From: Pelagibacteraceae bacterium AG-325-J17
Lineage (GTDB): Bacteria; Pseudomonadota; Alphaproteobacteria; Pelagibacterales; Pelagibacteraceae
Direction of reading: 5' to 3'
Length of the DNA: 64,000 nucleotides
Assembly: GCA_003282825.1 (NCBI GenBank)
Contig: QBYM01000005.1
Coordinates: 15,223-79,222 of the forward strand
The notes beneath the pieces are model-generated. The model worked only from the letters and a program-made list of their open reading frames with translations. It was not told the DNA's origin and searched no databases. Numbering within the stretch: position 1 is the first letter of the stretch; the number at the start of each line of letters is the position of its first letter. The position numbers were made by a program, and so were the translations under genes. Positions 1 through 12,644 of the stretch are shown piece by piece.

Positions 1-5
1 TAGGA

Positions 6-1274
6 ATGTATGTTTGTGGTCCAACTGTTTATGATGATCCTCATATTGGAAATGCTAGACCATTAGTTATATTTGATATTTTATATAGACTACTTAAAAA
101 TAAATTTAAGAAGGTTAAATATGTAAGAAATATTACGGACATAGATGATAAAATTATTAAATCGTCTCAAGATCAGAATATATCTACAAAAGAATTAACA
201 GAAAAAATAACAAAAAGTTTTTTAGAAGATTGTTCCTATCTAAATTGCGAAAACCCATCACATCAACCTAAAGCAACTGAACATATAGATTTAATGATCG
301 AAATGATTGGTGAATTATTAAAAAAGGGTTTCGCTTATGAAAATAACAAACATGTTTATTTTGAGGTTAAAAAATTTTCTGATTATGGTAAGTTATCAAA
401 TAAAAAATTAGAGGATTTGATAGCTGGTTCAAGGGTTGAAATAAGTGATAATAAACAAAATTCTGAAGATTTTGTCTTATGGAAACCTTCAAAAAGCCAT
501 GAACCCTCATGGAACTCACCATGGGGAAAAGGTAGGCCTGGTTGGCATTTAGAATGTTCAGCTATGTCAAAAAAGTTTTTAGGTAATGAGTTTGATATTC
601 ATGGTGGAGGTATAGATTTATTATTCCCTCATCATGAAAATGAAATCGCTCAATCAAGATGTGCAAATGAAACTAGTACTTTTGCAAATTACTGGGTTCA
701 TAATGCTTTTATAACAATGTCAAATGAAAAAATGGCTAAGTCTCAGGGGAATATTTTAAAAATAAAAAGTTTTCGAGAAAAAATAAGTGGTCAGGTTCTT
801 AGATTAGCTTTAATGAGTGCTCATTATAAGCAACCATTAGATTGGAATGATAAACTTTTAAGTGAATGTGAGAATACTCTCGATAAATGGTATCGTGTAT
901 ACTCAAATAATTTTAAAATTACCAAAATCTCTGACGAAATTCTAAAACCTTTGTTTGATGATTTGAATACTCCAGGATACATCGCCAATTTACACCAACT
1001 TTATGAAAAGGCATCAAAAGGTCATGATCCACATTTATTTGTCTCTGCATGTCAATTTGTTGGATTATTAAATGAAGATTATGAAAATTGGCAACAATAT
1101 AAAAAGGATAAAGCTTCAATTAATGAAAATGACATATTAAATAAAATTGAGTTAAGAAATAAAGCTAGGAAAAATAAAGATTATGAGGAAGCTGACAGAA
1201 TAAGAAATGAGCTTTTAGACAAAGGTGTTTTAATAGAGGATAAAGATGGTAAAACAATTTGGAAATTTAAATGA
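6..1274 (+). CDS. cysS: cysteinyl-tRNA synthetase (5' end probably just outside the window)
   Basis: YVCGPTVY, HIGN and KMAKS class I signatures; GRPGWHLEC. Confidence 0.97.
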   Translation: MYVCGPTVYDDPHIGNARPLVIFDILYRLLKNKFKKVKYVRNITDIDDKIIKSSQDQNISTKELTEKITKSFLEDCSYLNCENPSHQPKATEHIDLMIEMIGELLKKGFAYENNKHVYFEVKKFSDYGKLSNKKLEDLIAGSRVEISDNKQNSEDFVLWKPSKSHEPSWNSPWGKGRPGWHLECSAMSKKFLGNEFDIHGGGIDLLFPHHENEIAQSRCANETSTFANYWVHNAFITMSNEKMAKSQGNILKIKSFREKISGQVLRLALMSAHYKQPLDWNDKLLSECENTLDKWYRVYSNNFKITKISDEILKPLFDDLNTPGYIANLHQLYEKASKGHDPHLFVSACQFVGLLNEDYENWQQYKKDKASINENDILNKIELRNKARKNKDYEEADRIRNELLDKGVLIEDKDGKTIWKFK

Positions 1275-2872
1275 GTAAAGAACGATTATATATATTTGAT
1301 ACTACATTAAGAGATGGTGCTCAAACTCAAGGTGTAGATTTTTCACTTGAGGATAAAGAAAAAATTGCATTTGCCTTAGACTCTCTCGGTGTAGATTATA
1401 TTGAAGCTGGTTGGCCAGGAGCAAATTTAACAGACACAGAGTTTTTTCAAAAAAAACATAGCTTCAAAAATGCTAAACTCACTTCTTTTGGAATGACAAA
1501 AAAAACTGGACATAGTGCAGACAATGACACTGGCTTGTCAGCAATATTAAACTCTAATACTCCAGCAGTTTGTTTGGTAGGAAAATCTTGGGATTTTCAT
1601 GTCGATGTAGCACTTGGTATATCAAATAAAGAAAATTTAGAAAATATAAGTGAAAGTACTAAGCATTTTGTTAAAGCCAAAAAGGAATTTATGTTTGATG
1701 CTGAACATTTTTTTGATGGTTACAAAGCAAATTCTAAATATGCGATAGAGTGTATTAAATCCGCTTATGATAATGGTGCAAGGTGGATAGTTTTGTGTGA
1801 TACAAATGGAGGAACATTACCGCATGAAGTTACCAAGATAGTAACTGAGGTTTCAAAGATTATTCCTGGCAAGAATTTGGGCATCCATGCTCATAATGAT
1901 ACTGGAAATGCAGTAGCTAATTCTTTAGCCGCAGTATTATCAGGTGCTCGTCAAGTGCAAGGAACTATCAATGGTTTGGGTGAGAGATGTGGAAATGCAA
2001 ATTTAATGTCTTTAATACCAACATTTTTTTTGAAAAATGATTTTTCATCAAAATTTGAAATTGGAATTAAATCTGAAAATATTAAAGATTTAACCAACTG
2101 CTCTAGACTTTTAGATGAAGTTTTAAATCGAAAACCAAATATGCATTTACCATATGTTGGAGCAGCAGCTTTTTCACATAAGGGAGGTCTACATGTATCT
2201 GCAGTACAAAAAGATCCCAAAACTTATGAACACATAAATCCTAATGAAGTCGGAAATATGAGAAATATAGTTGTTTCAGATCAGTCAGGTAAATCTAATA
2301 TTATCTCTAGATTGAAAACAATAAACATAGAAATTAATGAAAACGATCCAAAAATTAAAAAACTTTTAAATGAAGTTAAGGATAGAGAATTCATTGGCTA
2401 CAGTTACGATGGAGCCGATGCTTCATTTGAATTATTAGCTAGAAGAATTATTGGAGAAATTCCAAGATATATATCGATTAATGAATATGATGTTTCTGTA
2501 AAAAAAAGTAAATCTGGAGAAATAGTTTCTTCTGCAAAAGCTCAATTAGAGGTTGATGGAGAAAAAATTGTTTGTGAAGGAGAGGGCAATGGACCAGTTA
2601 ATGCCCTCGATAACGCTATAAGACAAAATGTTGATCGACTAGCGAAATATTCAAAATATTTAAAAGATTTAAAATTAGTTGACTATAAAGTCAGAATTTT
2701 AAATACGGGTACTGAAGCTGTTACTAGAGTATCAATTGAAAGTACAGACTCTAAAGGAAAAAATTGGTTTACTATTGGCGTATCTACAAACATAATTGAT
2801 GCTTCATTTAAAGCATTAATTGATAGTTTAGATTATAAACTATTTAAAGATAATGCCCCTGCTAGTAAATAA
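1271..2872 (+). CDS. cimA: citramalate synthase (LeuA/CimA family)
   Basis: DTTLRDGAQ, HAHND, GLGERCGNA, HKGGLH motifs. Confidence 0.9.
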   Translation: MSKERLYIFDTTLRDGAQTQGVDFSLEDKEKIAFALDSLGVDYIEAGWPGANLTDTEFFQKKHSFKNAKLTSFGMTKKTGHSADNDTGLSAILNSNTPAVCLVGKSWDFHVDVALGISNKENLENISESTKHFVKAKKEFMFDAEHFFDGYKANSKYAIECIKSAYDNGARWIVLCDTNGGTLPHEVTKIVTEVSKIIPGKNLGIHAHNDTGNAVANSLAAVLSGARQVQGTINGLGERCGNANLMSLIPTFFLKNDFSSKFEIGIKSENIKDLTNCSRLLDEVLNRKPNMHLPYVGAAAFSHKGGLHVSAVQKDPKTYEHINPNEVGNMRNIVVSDQSGKSNIISRLKTINIEINENDPKIKKLLNEVKDREFIGYSYDGADASFELLARRIIGEIPRYISINEYDVSVKKSKSGEIVSSAKAQLEVDGEKIVCEGEGNGPVNALDNAIRQNVDRLAKYSKYLKDLKLVDYKVRILNTGTEAVTRVSIESTDSKGKNWFTIGVSTNIIDASFKALIDSLDYKLFKDNAPASK

Positions 2873-3586
2873 ATGAGTAAAAATCATATCTCTTTTATTC
2901 TACATAAACCTCAATTATCTGAAAATATTGGTGCATGTGCTAGAGCAATTAAAAACTTTAATTTTAAGAAATTAATATTAATTAATCCAAAACCAATTTT
3001 TCCTAATGACAAAATTTTAGCGACGTCTGTTGGAGCTAAAAATATTATCAATGAAAGCAAAAAGTATGATACTTTAGAACAAGCCCTTGGGAAAATTGAT
3101 ATTGTTATTGCTACATCAGCAAGATTTAGGAATAAAAATATTAAACACATTAATTTACAGGATTTAAAAAAAATAGATTTTAAAAAGAGGATTGGTTTTT
3201 TGTTTGGTTCAGAAGCATCAGGTTTATCAAATGAAGAGATTAGTTATGCTAATTATACTTTACAGATACCAACTAATCCTGATTTCAAATCTCTTAACTT
3301 GTCTCATAGTTTGATAATTATTGCTCAATATGTGGCTAATGTTATCAAATTAAGAAATATTCCTTTTAAGAAGTCCCAAAAGGTAAAAGCTGCTGGTAAA
3401 AAAGAAATTCAATCAATGTTAAATCTTTGTATAAAAAGTTTAGATGAAATAGATTTCTTCAATCCCAAAGAAAAGAGACCAAAAATGCTTGAGAACTTAA
3501 GAAATATTTTTTATAAAATGGACTTGTCTGATAAAGAAACACGTATTTTATCAAGTGTATTTGCTAGTTTAAGCAAAAAACGTTGA
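2873..3586 (+). CDS. trmJ: TrmJ/LasT SPOUT RNA methyltransferase
   Basis: ENIGACARA, FGSEASGL, SLNLSHS motifs. Confidence 0.85.
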   Translation: MSKNHISFILHKPQLSENIGACARAIKNFNFKKLILINPKPIFPNDKILATSVGAKNIINESKKYDTLEQALGKIDIVIATSARFRNKNIKHINLQDLKKIDFKKRIGFLFGSEASGLSNEEISYANYTLQIPTNPDFKSLNLSHSLIIIAQYVANVIKLRNIPFKKSQKVKAAGKKEIQSMLNLCIKSLDEIDFFNPKEKRPKMLENLRNIFYKMDLSDKETRILSSVFASLSKKR

Positions 3587-3625
3587 TTGACAAAGTAAGG
3601 AGTAAGTTTATAAACCCCTCTATTA

Positions 3626-4243
3626 ATGACAAAAAGATTAAACTCTAAACATAAAGTAGATAGAAGACTAAAAGTCAATCTATGGGGAAGACCCAAAAGT
3701 CCTTTTAATACTAGAGCTTATGGACCCGGTCAGCACGGTCAATCAAGACAAGGTAAGCCATCAGATTATGGAATTCAATTGCAAGCTAAGCAAAAATTAA
3801 AAGCTTATTACGGTAATATTAATGAAAGACAATTCAGGAATATTTATAAGAAAGCAAGTATGCTTAAAGGTGATACTAGTGAAAATTTAATTGGCTTATT
3901 AGAAAAAAGGCTAGACGCAGTAATCTATAGAGCAAAATTTTCCACAACAATTTTTTCAGCAAGGCAATTGATTAATCATGGTCACGTAAAAGTTAATGGC
4001 AAAAAAGTTAATATAGCTAGTTATTCAGTAAATGAAGAAGACTCAATTGAAATAAGAGATAAATCTAAACAATTAGCTATTATTGATATAGCCTTAGCTA
4101 GCAAAGAAAGAGAAACTCCCGAGTATATTCAAATGGACGAAAAAAATAAAAAGTTTAAGTTTGTTAGAACACCAAAACTTGAAGAAGTGCCTTATCCAAT
4201 AGTTATGGAACCTAACTTAGTAATTGAATATTATTCAAGATAA
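3626..4243 (+). CDS. rpsD: 30S ribosomal protein S4
   Basis: [25 protein letters not shown]. Confidence 0.98.
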   Translation: MTKRLNSKHKVDRRLKVNLWGRPKSPFNTRAYGPGQHGQSRQGKPSDYGIQLQAKQKLKAYYGNINERQFRNIYKKASMLKGDTSENLIGLLEKRLDAVIYRAKFSTTIFSARQLINHGHVKVNGKKVNIASYSVNEEDSIEIRDKSKQLAIIDIALASKERETPEYIQMDEKNKKFKFVRTPKLEEVPYPIVMEPNLVIEYYSR

Positions 4244-4245
4244 AA

Positions 4246-4578
4246 TTATTTTTTATAATTTATACCTTTATCATCGAAAACTTTTTTAATTTCACCACTC
4301 TCATACATTTCTTTGATAATATCGCATCCTCCAACAAATTCTTTCTTTATATAAAGTTGAGGTATAGTTGGCCAATCACTAAATACTTTTATTCCTTCTC
4401 TTAATGTTTGATCCTCTAAAACATTAATAGCTTTAAAGTTAACTTCTAAAATTTTAAGTATATTTGTAACTGCCATTGAAAAACCACATTGAGGAGCATC
4501 TGGTGTACCCTTCATAAATAAACAAATTTCATTATTATCAATATGATTTTGAATTAAATTCTTAACTTTATCATCCAT
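4246..4578 (-). CDS. grxD: monothiol glutaredoxin Grx4
   Basis: CGFS active site and WPTIPQLY. Confidence 0.95.
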   Translation of the reverse strand: MDDKVKNLIQNHIDNNEICLFMKGTPDAPQCGFSMAVTNILKILEVNFKAINVLEDQTLREGIKVFSDWPTIPQLYIKKEFVGGCDIIKEMYESGEIKKVFDDKGINYKK

Positions 4579-4808
4579 TATTGTTCCTTTGTTTTAATTG
4601 CTAAAGCATGTAGTTCATTACCCATTTTACCTTTTAATGACTCGTATACCATTTTATGTTGTTCAATTTTACTTTTACCAGAAAATTTAGCCGATGTTAT
4701 GGTTGCTGAGTAATGATTATTATCTCCAGCTAAATCTTGAATTTCTATTGATGCATCAGGTAAAGCTTCTTTGATGTGTCTCTCAATTTCTTTTAAATCC
4801 ATTGCCAT
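4578..4808 (-). CDS. bolA: BolA family protein
   Basis: QHKMVY and LHALAI motifs; adjacent to grxD. Confidence 0.9.
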   Translation of the reverse strand: MAMDLKEIERHIKEALPDASIEIQDLAGDNNHYSATITSAKFSGKSKIEQHKMVYESLKGKMGNELHALAIKTKEQ

Positions 4809-7000
4809 TATGTACTCATAAAATTAGTTAACCAATTACTATTATAAGATTTTAATTCGTCAATTGTAACTTTTGTCTTTTGATTAATTATCATATCTTT
4901 TTCGATAATGATGCCTAATTCTTCGTGATAAACTGAATTTTGATCTAAAATTTTTGTAACTTCTTTTAAATCTTTAGGATTTATCTCTATAATATATCTC
5001 CCTTGATCCTCTGAAAAAAAGTAATAAATTTCGTTAATTAAATTTTTAGATTTATTAAATTTAATACTTTTATTACCCTTTATAGACATCTTGCTTACTG
5101 CAGTTATTATACCACCTAGTGATACGTCATGAGCACTTTTTACATGACCTTTTTGTATTAAATTTAATAGCGACTCTCCATTATTTTTTTCATTAAAAAG
5201 GTTAACTTCCGGTGGGGGGCCATTTTTTTCATCTAAAATTGATCTAGCAAAAAGGCTTTGATCAATATGCCCTTCAGTTTTTCCAATAACCATAACTATA
5301 TTATCAATTTCTTTAAAATTCATAGTAACCATTTTGTTGTAATCTTTAATTAGTCCAACTCCACCTATAGAAGGTGTTGGTTTGATTCCAATTTCCTTTG
5401 TTTGATTATAAAAAGAAACATTTCCTGAAACGACAGGAAAATTTAAATATTCACATGCCTCTCCAATACCTTGAACACATTCAACGAATTCACCCATGTT
5501 TTCTTCTTTCTCTGGACTTCCAAAATTTAGACAATTGGTTATTGCTATTGGTGTAGCACCAACGGAAATTAAATTTCGCCAACTTTCTGCAACTACCTGT
5601 TTTCCACCAGTTAAAGGGTGAGCCCAACAATATACTGCTGATGAGTCCACTGAAGCTGCTATTGCTTTATTGGTACCATGAACTCTTACTACACCAGAGT
5701 TTCCACCAGGTTTTTGAATTGTATCACCCATTACTGTGTGATCATATTGTTGCCAAATCCATTCTTTGCTACATATATTTGGGTGAGATAAAATTTTTTT
5801 TAATACATCTTTTATTTTAAGACTATTTAAAGAATCTTTTTTTATTTTATTTTTTTTTGGCAATTTAGATTTTTTCCATTTTCGATCATACATAGGTGAG
5901 TTTTCAACTAATGTATTAACTGGGATATTTGCAACTTGTTTATTGTCAAAAAACAATTCAATGTTTTTAGTATCAGTAGTTTTACCAATTATTGCAAAAT
6001 CTAAATTCCATTTATCAAATATTTTCTTTGCTAATTCTTCTTTACCATTTTCTAATACAATCAACATTCTCTCTTGACTTTCTGAAAGCATAATTTCGTA
6101 GGGTGTCATCTTAGCTTCTCTACAAGGAACTTTATTTAGATTTATTTGAACTCCTAAATTCCCTTTTGAAGCCATTTCAATACTTGAAGATGTTAGGCCT
6201 GCTGCACCCATATCTTGAATAGCAATGATAGAATCGCCAGCCATTAATTCCAAACATGCTTCTAAAAGAAGTTTTTCAGTAAAAGGGTCTCCAACTTGCA
6301 CAGTTGGTTTTTTTTCTTCAATTTTTTCATCAAAACTTGCAGAAGCCATACTAGCACCATGAATACCATCTCTTCCAGTTTTAGAACCAACATAAATCAC
6401 TGGTTTATTTAGTCCTGCTGCTTTTGAATAAAATATTTTATTCTTTTTAACTAACCCTAAAGTCATAGCATTTACCAAAATGTTCCCATTGTAAGAGCTA
6501 TCAAAAGATGTTTGACCAGCTATTGTTGGTACACCCATACAGTTACCATAACCCCCAATTCCATGAACAACACCTCTTAAAAGATTTTTAGTTTTTTTAT
6601 GTTGGGGAGAGCCAAAGTGAATTGAATTTAAATTAGCTATTGGTCGAGCACCCATTGTAAAGACATCCCTCATAATTCCACCTACGCCAGTTGCTGCTCC
6701 TTGATAAGGTTCTATGAAAGAGGGGTGATTGTGACTTTCAATTTTAAATACTATTGCATCACCATCTTCAATATCTATAACACCTGCATTTTCACCAGGT
6801 CCTTGAATGACTTTTTTACCTTTTGTTGGTAATTTTTTTAGATGAAGTCTAGATGATTTATAAGAGCAATGTTCGTTCCACATTGCAGAAAAAATTCCAA
6901 GTTCAGTTATATTTGGATTTCTTTTTAATAGATCACAAATTTTTTTATATTCATTAGATTTAAGACCATGTTCTATGGCAATTTTTTCATTAACTATCAT
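4808..7000 (-). CDS. purL: phosphoribosylformylglycinamidine synthase subunit PurL
   Basis: [25 protein letters not shown]. Confidence 0.97.
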   Translation of the reverse strand: MIVNEKIAIEHGLKSNEYKKICDLLKRNPNITELGIFSAMWNEHCSYKSSRLHLKKLPTKGKKVIQGPGENAGVIDIEDGDAIVFKIESHNHPSFIEPYQGAATGVGGIMRDVFTMGARPIANLNSIHFGSPQHKKTKNLLRGVVHGIGGYGNCMGVPTIAGQTSFDSSYNGNILVNAMTLGLVKKNKIFYSKAAGLNKPVIYVGSKTGRDGIHGASMASASFDEKIEEKKPTVQVGDPFTEKLLLEACLELMAGDSIIAIQDMGAAGLTSSSIEMASKGNLGVQINLNKVPCREAKMTPYEIMLSESQERMLIVLENGKEELAKKIFDKWNLDFAIIGKTTDTKNIELFFDNKQVANIPVNTLVENSPMYDRKWKKSKLPKKNKIKKDSLNSLKIKDVLKKILSHPNICSKEWIWQQYDHTVMGDTIQKPGGNSGVVRVHGTNKAIAASVDSSAVYCWAHPLTGGKQVVAESWRNLISVGATPIAITNCLNFGSPEKEENMGEFVECVQGIGEACEYLNFPVVSGNVSFYNQTKEIGIKPTPSIGGVGLIKDYNKMVTMNFKEIDNIVMVIGKTEGHIDQSLFARSILDEKNGPPPEVNLFNEKNNGESLLNLIQKGHVKSAHDVSLGGIITAVSKMSIKGNKSIKFNKSKNLINEIYYFFSEDQGRYIIEINPKDLKEVTKILDQNSVYHEELGIIIEKDMIINQKTKVTIDELKSYNSNWLTNFMST

Positions 7001-7683
7001 TATTTTAAATTATTAATTAGATTTTTAAAAAATAAAGAACCATCTTCACCTGATAAACTTTGATCAATCATTCTCTCTGGGTGTGGCATCATTCCTAGAA
7101 CATTTTTTTCTTTATTGAATATACCTGCAATATTTTTTGTTGAACCGTTAGGGTTATATTGTTCGTCTGTTTGACCGTTTTTATCACAATAATAAATTGC
7201 TATTTGATTATTATCTTTAATTTCGTTTAGTTGGTCTTTTGTACAAAAATAGTTTCCTTCATTATGTGCTATATGAAATTCAAATATATCTTTATCTAGA
7301 TTTTTAAAATAAGGATTTTGTTTATTATCAATCTTGACATAAATATTTTTACAAATAAATTCTAAATATTTATTTCTTAATAAAACACCAGGAAGCAATC
7401 CTGTCTCAACTAATATCTGAAAACCATTACAAATACCCATTACTAACCCACCTGATTTAGCAAAATTAATTACCGAATGCATTATTTTAGATTTTGATGC
7501 CATACTTCCACATCTGAGATAATCACCATAAGAAAAACCTCCTGGTAAAACAACAAGATCACTTTTTGGAAGTTCATTATCGTTATGCCAGACCATTTTG
7601 TTCTTAAATCCAAATTTATTTAAAGCTACATCCATATCTCGATCACAATTTGAACCAGGAAAGGTAATAACAGATGATTTCAT
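7000..7683 (-). CDS. purQ: FGAM synthase glutaminase subunit PurQ
   Basis: FPGSNCD, GICNGFQ, MMPHPER. Confidence 0.97.
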   Translation of the reverse strand: MKSSVITFPGSNCDRDMDVALNKFGFKNKMVWHNDNELPKSDLVVLPGGFSYGDYLRCGSMASKSKIMHSVINFAKSGGLVMGICNGFQILVETGLLPGVLLRNKYLEFICKNIYVKIDNKQNPYFKNLDKDIFEFHIAHNEGNYFCTKDQLNEIKDNNQIAIYYCDKNGQTDEQYNPNGSTKNIAGIFNKEKNVLGMMPHPERMIDQSLSGEDGSLFFKNLINNLK

Positions 7684-7686
7684 TAA

Positions 7687-7929
7687 TTATTGTGTCTCAA
7701 TAATTTTATAATTTTCAATAACAAGATTTGCTAAAAGTTTTTTACACATATCCTCAACTATACCTTTGGCTTTGGTTGGGTCATTTTCATTTACATCAAT
7801 TTCAAAATACTTACCTTGTCTTATCTCGTTTACATCTTTGAAACCCATACCGTCCAATGTTTGATGAATCACTTTACCCTGAGGATCTAATACATCTTTT
7901 TTTAGAGTTATTATTGCTGAAATGATCAT
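7687..7929 (-). CDS. purS: FGAM synthase subunit PurS
   Basis: VLDPQG and LLANLVIE; pur cluster context. Confidence 0.95.
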   Translation of the reverse strand: MIISAIITLKKDVLDPQGKVIHQTLDGMGFKDVNEIRQGKYFEIDVNENDPTKAKGIVEDMCKKLLANLVIENYKIIETQ

Positions 7930-8711
7930 TTATTTTTTTTCTTAACTGAAGATAGTTGAGTTACGTTGACAGCTGAAACATTTGATTGTTCATGAAGAAT
8001 ACCTAGCCTTTTTGCAACTTCTGTATAAGCTGGTATTAAATCTCCAAGGTCTTTTCTAAATCTATCTTTATCAAGTTTTTTATCAGTGATTGAGTCCCAC
8101 AATCTACAAGTATCAGGACTAATTTCATCTGCTAGAATAATTTCATTTTTACCATTAACCTTTAATCTTCCAAATTCTAATTTAAAATCAATTAACTTAA
8201 TTCCAATTCCTCTAAACATGCCAATCATAAAGTCATTAATTCTTAGAATCATTTTTTTTATTTTTTCAATTTCTTTTTTATTAGCCCATTCAAAAGCATA
8301 AATATGCTCTTCAGCTATTAAAGGATCACCAAGTTTGTCATCTTTTAAACAATATTCAATTAAGGGTTCTTTAAGAACAGTACCATCTTCGATGCCTAAT
8401 CTTTTAGTAAGAGAGCCAGTTGCAACATTTCTAACTATGAATTCAATAGGAATTATTTCAACCAACTTTATGACCTGTTCCCTCATATTTAATCTTTTAA
8501 CTAAATGATTTTTGATACCAATTTGAGATAAATTTGAGAGGATATGTTCAGAAATTCTATTATTTAAAACTCCTTTACCCTCAATAGTGGTTTTCTTTTG
8601 ATTGTTAAATGCTGTTGCATCATCTTTGAAGTACTGAATTACTAAATCTTTATCTTGAGTAGCGTAAATTATTTTAGCTTTTCCCTCGTATAATCTTTTA
8701 CCTTTTTTCAT
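7926..8711 (-). CDS. purC: SAICAR synthetase
   Basis: [26 protein letters not shown]. Confidence 0.97.
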   Translation of the reverse strand: MKKGKRLYEGKAKIIYATQDKDLVIQYFKDDATAFNNQKKTTIEGKGVLNNRISEHILSNLSQIGIKNHLVKRLNMREQVIKLVEIIPIEFIVRNVATGSLTKRLGIEDGTVLKEPLIEYCLKDDKLGDPLIAEEHIYAFEWANKKEIEKIKKMILRINDFMIGMFRGIGIKLIDFKLEFGRLKVNGKNEIILADEISPDTCRLWDSITDKKLDKDRFRKDLGDLIPAYTEVAKRLGILHEQSNVSAVNVTQLSSVKKKNK

Positions 8712-10003
8712 TATTTAAAAACTCTCCTAAAAATTAAATTCACATTCTTAAAGTGTTTAGAAAAACTAAAAATAGATTTAAGCTTTTTTGGTGAAATGTT
8801 ATTAATTATATATTTATCAGATTGAACTGCAGTAAACAAATCCAGATTTTCAGCAAAACATTTTTTTGCATAGCTCTGAACCATTTTGTAAGATTTTTCT
8901 CTACTTAAACCAGTTTTTGTAAGTTCAAGCATAAGTTCCTGAGAGAAAATTAAGCCTTTTGTAATGTTAAGATTTTCTAACATTTTTTTTGGATAAACTA
9001 TCATGTTATCTAAAATATTGGTTAACCTTACTAATGCAAAATCTAGAGTAATATTTGCATCAGGGCCTATATTTCTTTCAACACTTGAATGAGAAATATC
9101 TCTTTCATGCCATAAGGCTATATTTTCAAGAGCAGGGGTCACAGCACTTCTAACCATTCTTGCAAGACCTGTTAAATTTTCACTCAATATTGGATTCTTT
9201 TTATGAGGCATTGCAGAGGAACCTTTTTGATTTTTTGAAAAGTATTCTTGTAATTCATAAACCTCTGTCCTTTGCAAATGTCTTATTTCAATAGCTACTC
9301 TTTCTATTGAACCAGCAATAATGCCTAAAACTGAAAAATAGAAAGCATGTCGGTCTCTTGGGATAACTTGTGTTGAAATAGGCTCAATTTTTAAGCTAAG
9401 CTTTTTTGCAACATGTTTTTCTACATTTGGATTAATATTTGCGAAAGTTCCAACCGCACCCGAAATAGCACACGTTGAAACTTCATCTATAGCAGCATCT
9501 AATCGTTTTCTATTTCTTTTAAATTCTTCATAAAAAGAAGCTAGCTTTAAACCAAATGTTATTGGTTCAGCATGAATACCATGACTTCTACCCATACAAG
9601 GAGTAAATTTATATTTTCTAGCTTGTTTTCTAAGAACTTTTAAAATTTGATCTAAGTCTTTTAGAATTATTTTTCCAGATTGAACTAATTGAATATTAAA
9701 ACTCGTGTCCAATACATCTGAAGAAGTCATGCCTTGATGAAGATATCTAGCTTTAATTCCTGCTTTTTCAGTAATAGAAGTTAAGAAAGCAATGACATCA
9801 TGCTTAACTTGGCTTTCAATTTGATGAATTCTTTTAACATTTATTCTAGCTTTTTTTCTTACTACCGAGGAAACACCTCTAGGAATTTGACCTAGTTTTT
9901 CCATTGCTTGTGCTGCGGCTACTTCAACATCCAGCCAAATTTTATATTTATTTTCTTCTGACCAAATATTAGTAAGTTCTTTTCGCGAGTATCTTTTTAT
10001 CAT
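8711..10003 (-). CDS. purB: adenylosuccinate lyase
   Basis: [11 protein letters not shown] signature. Confidence 0.97.
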   Translation of the reverse strand: MIKRYSRKELTNIWSEENKYKIWLDVEVAAAQAMEKLGQIPRGVSSVVRKKARINVKRIHQIESQVKHDVIAFLTSITEKAGIKARYLHQGMTSSDVLDTSFNIQLVQSGKIILKDLDQILKVLRKQARKYKFTPCMGRSHGIHAEPITFGLKLASFYEEFKRNRKRLDAAIDEVSTCAISGAVGTFANINPNVEKHVAKKLSLKIEPISTQVIPRDRHAFYFSVLGIIAGSIERVAIEIRHLQRTEVYELQEYFSKNQKGSSAMPHKKNPILSENLTGLARMVRSAVTPALENIALWHERDISHSSVERNIGPDANITLDFALVRLTNILDNMIVYPKKMLENLNITKGLIFSQELMLELTKTGLSREKSYKMVQSYAKKCFAENLDLFTAVQSDKYIINNISPKKLKSIFSFSKHFKNVNLIFRRVFK

Positions 10004-10006
10004 TAA

Positions 10007-10780
10007 TTATAAGTATGGGGGCTTAGAATAACCTTTAACAGATTCTGTAAAAATTTCATAACCATTTTCTGTAATCCCTATTGTATGTTCGAATTGAGCT
10101 GATAAAGATTTATCTTTAGTAACAGCAGTCCATCCATCATTCAGCATTTTAGTATCATATTTTCCAGCATTAATCATAGGTTCAACTGTAAATGTCATTC
10201 CAGGCTTAAGTTCTGTTCCTGTATTTTTATTCCCATAGTGTAATATATTAGGTGGCTCATGAAATGTTGTACTAATTCCATGACCACAGAAATCTCTAAC
10301 AACTGAAAAACCTTTTTTTTCGACATAGGATTGAATTTCATATCCAATGTCCCCAAGTTTAATTCCTGGTTTTAAAATCTGTATTGCTTTCATCATGGAC
10401 TCGTAAGTTGCATCTATTAAATTTTTTAGTTTTACTGAAGTTTGTCCAACACAAAACATTCTACTAGTATCCCCATAATGTTCATTTATTATAGCTGTCA
10501 CATCAACATTTACAGCATCTCCCTCTTCTAAAATTCTTTCCTCAGAAGGAATTCCATGACAAACAACATGATTAAGAGAGGTGCACAAAGATTTATTAAA
10601 ACCTCTATAATACAATGGAGCTGAGTAGCCACCATTATCACGAATAAATTCATATCCAAGTTTATCTATATAGGCTGTTGAAATACCTTCTTTAATGTTA
10701 TCTGTAAGCATATCTAAAGTCTTGGCCGCAAGCTTTCCTGCAATTCTCATTTTTTCAAATTTTTCCGTATAATTAATCAT
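10007..10780 (-). CDS. map: methionine aminopeptidase type I
   Basis: VCHGIP, GHGI, EPMIN, SAQFEHT. Confidence 0.96.
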   Translation of the reverse strand: MINYTEKFEKMRIAGKLAAKTLDMLTDNIKEGISTAYIDKLGYEFIRDNGGYSAPLYYRGFNKSLCTSLNHVVCHGIPSEERILEEGDAVNVDVTAIINEHYGDTSRMFCVGQTSVKLKNLIDATYESMMKAIQILKPGIKLGDIGYEIQSYVEKKGFSVVRDFCGHGISTTFHEPPNILHYGNKNTGTELKPGMTFTVEPMINAGKYDTKMLNDGWTAVTKDKSLSAQFEHTIGITENGYEIFTESVKGYSKPPYL

Positions 10781-11486
10781 TCTTAATTTTTAATTTTTTC
10801 TCTATTAAAATTTCTTTTGAACTTATTTTACATCTATAAGCTAAAAAATTAACACCTGCTTTTTTTGCAGCTAAATAATTTTTATAATATTCTCTATCTA
10901 TATCTTTCGCTATCTTAAATTTTTCCATATTTTGTATTTGGACAAGGAATATCAAGTAGGCTTTATAACCCTTTTTTATGGCATCAATAAGGGTAAGTAA
11001 ATGTTTTGAACCTCTTGAGGTAATTGCATCAGGAAATTCAGCAGTTTTTTCATCTCTAAAAAGAGTTACATTTTTAACTTCTACAAAGTTTTTTTGATTA
11101 TTTTTTTCAATAAGAAAGTCAAATCTTGTTTCTTTATTAAAAAAAACCTCAGATTTTATTGTATCGTTATTTTCTAATTCTTTTATTAGATTATTGGATA
11201 AGCCATGACTTACAATTTTATTTGCCATATGAGTATTTACACCAACCAAATTTTTCTTTGCTTTTATTATTTCAAGTCCATACTTTAATTTTCTTTTAGG
11301 ATTATTATTTTTAAGAAGATATACTTCGTTTCCTTCATCAAGTAAGCCCTTCATAGAACCAGTATTTGGACAATGAGCGGTAACAATTTGCTTATTTATT
11401 TTTACATCTACAAAAAAACGTTTATATCTTTTGATTAATTTGCCTTTTATTAAAGACTTGGTAAATTGCATAATTAAATTATACAT
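10773..11486 (-). CDS. sfsA: DNA/RNA nuclease SfsA (start may be a few codons downstream)
   Basis: RYKRF, HCPNTGSM, VEVKNVT, FPDAITSRG. Confidence 0.92.
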   Translation of the reverse strand: MYNLIMQFTKSLIKGKLIKRYKRFFVDVKINKQIVTAHCPNTGSMKGLLDEGNEVYLLKNNNPKRKLKYGLEIIKAKKNLVGVNTHMANKIVSHGLSNNLIKELENNDTIKSEVFFNKETRFDFLIEKNNQKNFVEVKNVTLFRDEKTAEFPDAITSRGSKHLLTLIDAIKKGYKAYLIFLVQIQNMEKFKIAKDIDREYYKNYLAAKKAGVNFLAYRCKISSKEILIEKKLKIKND

Positions 11487-11492
11487 ATTAAA

Positions 11493-12242
11493 ATGAAAAT
11501 TAACACAAAAGTAAGTGCCGCTATATTGATAATAGGAAATGAGATTTTATCAGGCAGAACACAAGACACAAACACTACTACCTTAGCTAAATGGTTGAAT
11601 TCAATCGGGGTTATTGTTAATGAGGTAAGAGTTATTCCAGATATAGAAAAAACAATTGTTGAAACATTAAACATTTTAAGAAAATCAAATAATTATGTTT
11701 TTACAACTGGTGGCATTGGACCAACACACGATGATATTACTGCTGAGTCAGTTTCAAAGGCTTTTGGAGTAAAATATGAAATTCATAAAGAAGCGTTTGA
11801 AATTTTAAAATCATATTACAAACAAGGTGAGTTTAATGAGGGCAGACAAAAAATGGTATGGATGCCTAAAGATGCTCAATTAATTTTAAATCCTACAAGT
11901 GGTGCACCTGGTTTTAGTGTTGAAAATGTTTTTTGCCTTCCAGGAGTTCCTTCAATTCTTAAATCAATGTTAGGTAGTTTAAAAAACAAGATTGTTGGTG
12001 GAGAGCCAATTCTTAGCCATACTATAAACCTTAAAACAGTTGAAAGTGAAATTGCAAATTCTTTAACAAAAGTTCAAGACCAAAACAGAGACGTTGAAAT
12101 TGGAAGCTATCCCTTTTTTCATGCAGGAAAACTCGGAGTTTCAATAGTAATTCGTTCTGAAAATCAGTCTAAAATTGATGTTTGTAATTCTCAAATTTTA
12201 AAATTTATTAAAGAAAAAAAAATTGAAATTGTGGATCGATAA
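11493..12242 (+). CDS. CinA-like / molybdopterin-binding domain protein
   Basis: IGNEILSG, GGIGPTHDDIT, LPGVP. Confidence 0.88.
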   Translation: MKINTKVSAAILIIGNEILSGRTQDTNTTTLAKWLNSIGVIVNEVRVIPDIEKTIVETLNILRKSNNYVFTTGGIGPTHDDITAESVSKAFGVKYEIHKEAFEILKSYYKQGEFNEGRQKMVWMPKDAQLILNPTSGAPGFSVENVFCLPGVPSILKSMLGSLKNKIVGGEPILSHTINLKTVESEIANSLTKVQDQNRDVEIGSYPFFHAGKLGVSIVIRSENQSKIDVCNSQILKFIKEKKIEIVDR

Positions 12243-12644
12243 ATGCTCTATTTCGCTTACGGAAGTAATCTAAATCATTTTCAAATGAGACGCAGATGTA
12301 GAGACAGTTTTTTTTTAAAAAAAATTAATCTAAGAAATTTTAGATTAACTTTTAGAAGCAAGTATAGAGCAGCAGACATTGAACCAAAAAAGAATTCAAT
12401 CGTTCCTGGAGGCTTATTTGATATTTCAAAAAGTGACGAAAAAAAATTAGATTTGTATGAGGATCATCCAATACTTTATAAGAAATACTATTTTAGTTAT
12501 TATGGTAAAAAAGTAATGACTTATACAATGGTAAAAAAAACTAATTTTACTTACCCAACTAAGAGATATCTCAATATTGTTAAACAAGGATATTTAGACT
12601 GTAATTTGGATAAAAAAGCCCTATTATTAGCTCTAAAGGGTTAA
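12243..12644 (+). CDS. gamma-glutamylcyclotransferase family protein
   Basis: YFAYGSNL N-terminus and LDLYE motif. Confidence 0.85.
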   Translation: MLYFAYGSNLNHFQMRRRCRDSFFLKKINLRNFRLTFRSKYRAADIEPKKNSIVPGGLFDISKSDEKKLDLYEDHPILYKKYYFSYYGKKVMTYTMVKKTNFTYPTKRYLNIVKQGYLDCNLDKKALLLALKG